In this document: in pieces, positions 37,380 to 38,087 of the stretch
How positions within the stretch are numbered: the stretch's first letter is position 1
Layout of the letters: every line of letters starts with the position of its first letter
Virus record (IMG/VR): IMGVR_UViG_2711768019_000014
Direction: 5' to 3' (one strand)
DNA from: a virus
Lineage: Duplodnaviria > Heunggongvirae > Uroviricota > Caudoviricetes
Length of the DNA: 38,087 nucleotides
Notes under the pieces: model-generated
Seen by the model: only the letters and a program-made list of their open reading frames with translations
Told to the model about the DNA's origin: nothing
Database searches by the model: none
Translations under genes and position numbers: made by a program

Positions 37380-38087
37380 TTATTTCTCCGATTTAACCCC
37401 GAACAAATCATAAATTAATTTAGAAGTGTCTGTAAGTATTTTAATCTCTTCCTTTGAGGTTGGGTCAAACGACTTCGCGAAGCTAATTAATTGTGGTGCA
37501 GCATCTCGCATTTTGCTTAAAATATCAGGATCGAGCGTTCCTTCATTCACCAGATGTGACATCTTATCCAGATAGCCATCAAAATTCATTTCTCCCCCAT
37601 CAGCCAGACGCTTCATCTCTCCCAGGTACTTCTTCATATCACGTTGAGATAATTTTTCAAACTGAGCTTTCAGGTAGCTCTCATTATTTTCATTAATATA
37701 CACTGTTTCTGATAAATCTGCGTAGGCACTAGAATATGAAAGTGAAATTAACAGTGAAGCAAATAATTTTAAGCTGTTGTCATCATGTTCCTGGCAGGCA
37801 TTAACAAACGTTAAAAAACCAGAACCTATTGCTTGAAAATGTATATTCGCTAAAGGTTCATTATCCTTAGATTCCTCATAAAATAGCTGAACCGTGGAGG
37901 GAAGGCCATTCTTAGTTTCTACATCAAAAGTACATTGTTCAATGGGAGTCGCATCTTTATTATCCCCAGGATTACATATACTATTAATCGCGAAATGAAA
38001 AATAGCCCGGTCAACAACTGATGCAATAAAGTCACGATCGTTTAAATCCTCATCAGTGCAATCGTCAATATACTTATTGACCCACAT
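37380..38087 (-). CDS. Hypothetical AT-rich protein (235 aa or more; 5' end at or beyond the window edge)
   Basis: Long minus-strand ORF running to the last base of the window; low GC; no motif recognised. Confidence 0.55.
   Translation of the reverse strand: MWVNKYIDDCTDEDLNDRDFIASVVDRAIFHFAINSICNPGDNKDATPIEQCTFDVETKNGLPSTVQLFYEESKDNEPLANIHFQAIGSGFLTFVNACQEHDDNSLKLFASLLISLSYSSAYADLSETVYINENNESYLKAQFEKLSQRDMKKYLGEMKRLADGGEMNFDGYLDKMSHLVNEGTLDPDILSKMRDAAPQLISFAKSFDPTSKEEIKILTDTSKLIYDLFGVKSEK

Larger units (their letters stand above)
1..38087. mobile_element. Lambdoid prophage segment (repressor/early region through lysis, packaging, head and tail genes to side tail fibre); both ends lie outside the window
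   Basis: Complete lambda-like gene order on the minus strand (cro..Q..lysis..cos..terminase..head..tail..lom..stf) with a divergent CI-type repressor; no int or att seen in the window. Confidence 0.9.

Overview
This window is the cI-to-stf portion of a lambdoid (lambda-like) prophage, almost entirely on the minus strand. All calls rest on reading the translations and motifs directly; no database search was run, and named families are recognised from memory. Reading from high to low coordinates the order is: a divergent immunity switch (SOS-cleavable CI-type repressor on the plus strand, Cro-like on the minus strand, with shared TGTACC..GGTACA operator palindromes); an early-right operon with a replication initiator carrying in-gene iterons; a nin-like region (PerC-like, Dam-type methyltransferase, LexA-DNA-binding-domain-only protein, RusA, KilA-N, DUF968-like); a Q-like antiterminator with a pR'/tR'-like promoter-terminator pair; a Q-to-S cargo locus (AT-rich lipoprotein moron flanked by a duplicated terminator, then a 350-aa DNA methyltransferase); a phage-21-type lysis cassette (pinholin with MKSM dual start, SAR-type lysozyme, Rz with embedded Rz1); a cos-like site; Nu1/A-type terminase, W-like protein, portal and a ClpP-protease/major-capsid fusion; and a strongly lambda-like tail module (FII-like, Z, U, V, G and G-T with a -1 frameshift, H, M, L, K, I, J, lom, start of stf). 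Downstream of the repressor on the plus strand lie a strong promoter, a roughly 600-nt ORF-free structured leader, a YfdP/YfdQ-like pair and an AT-rich membrane-anchored protein. Convergent with these is a tightly overlapping minus-strand operon whose first gene carries a Panacea/DUF4065-like antitoxin signature, followed by three proteins I cannot place in any family; this is the best candidate for an undescribed toxin-antitoxin or defence module. Six N-masked blocks (3099-3147, 3482-3708, 5321-5775, 6063-6408, 21386-21776, 36260-36551) interrupt J, K, L, the holin and the Panacea-like gene, so reading frames across them are not reliable. No rRNA, tRNA, CRISPR array, integrase or att site was recognised.
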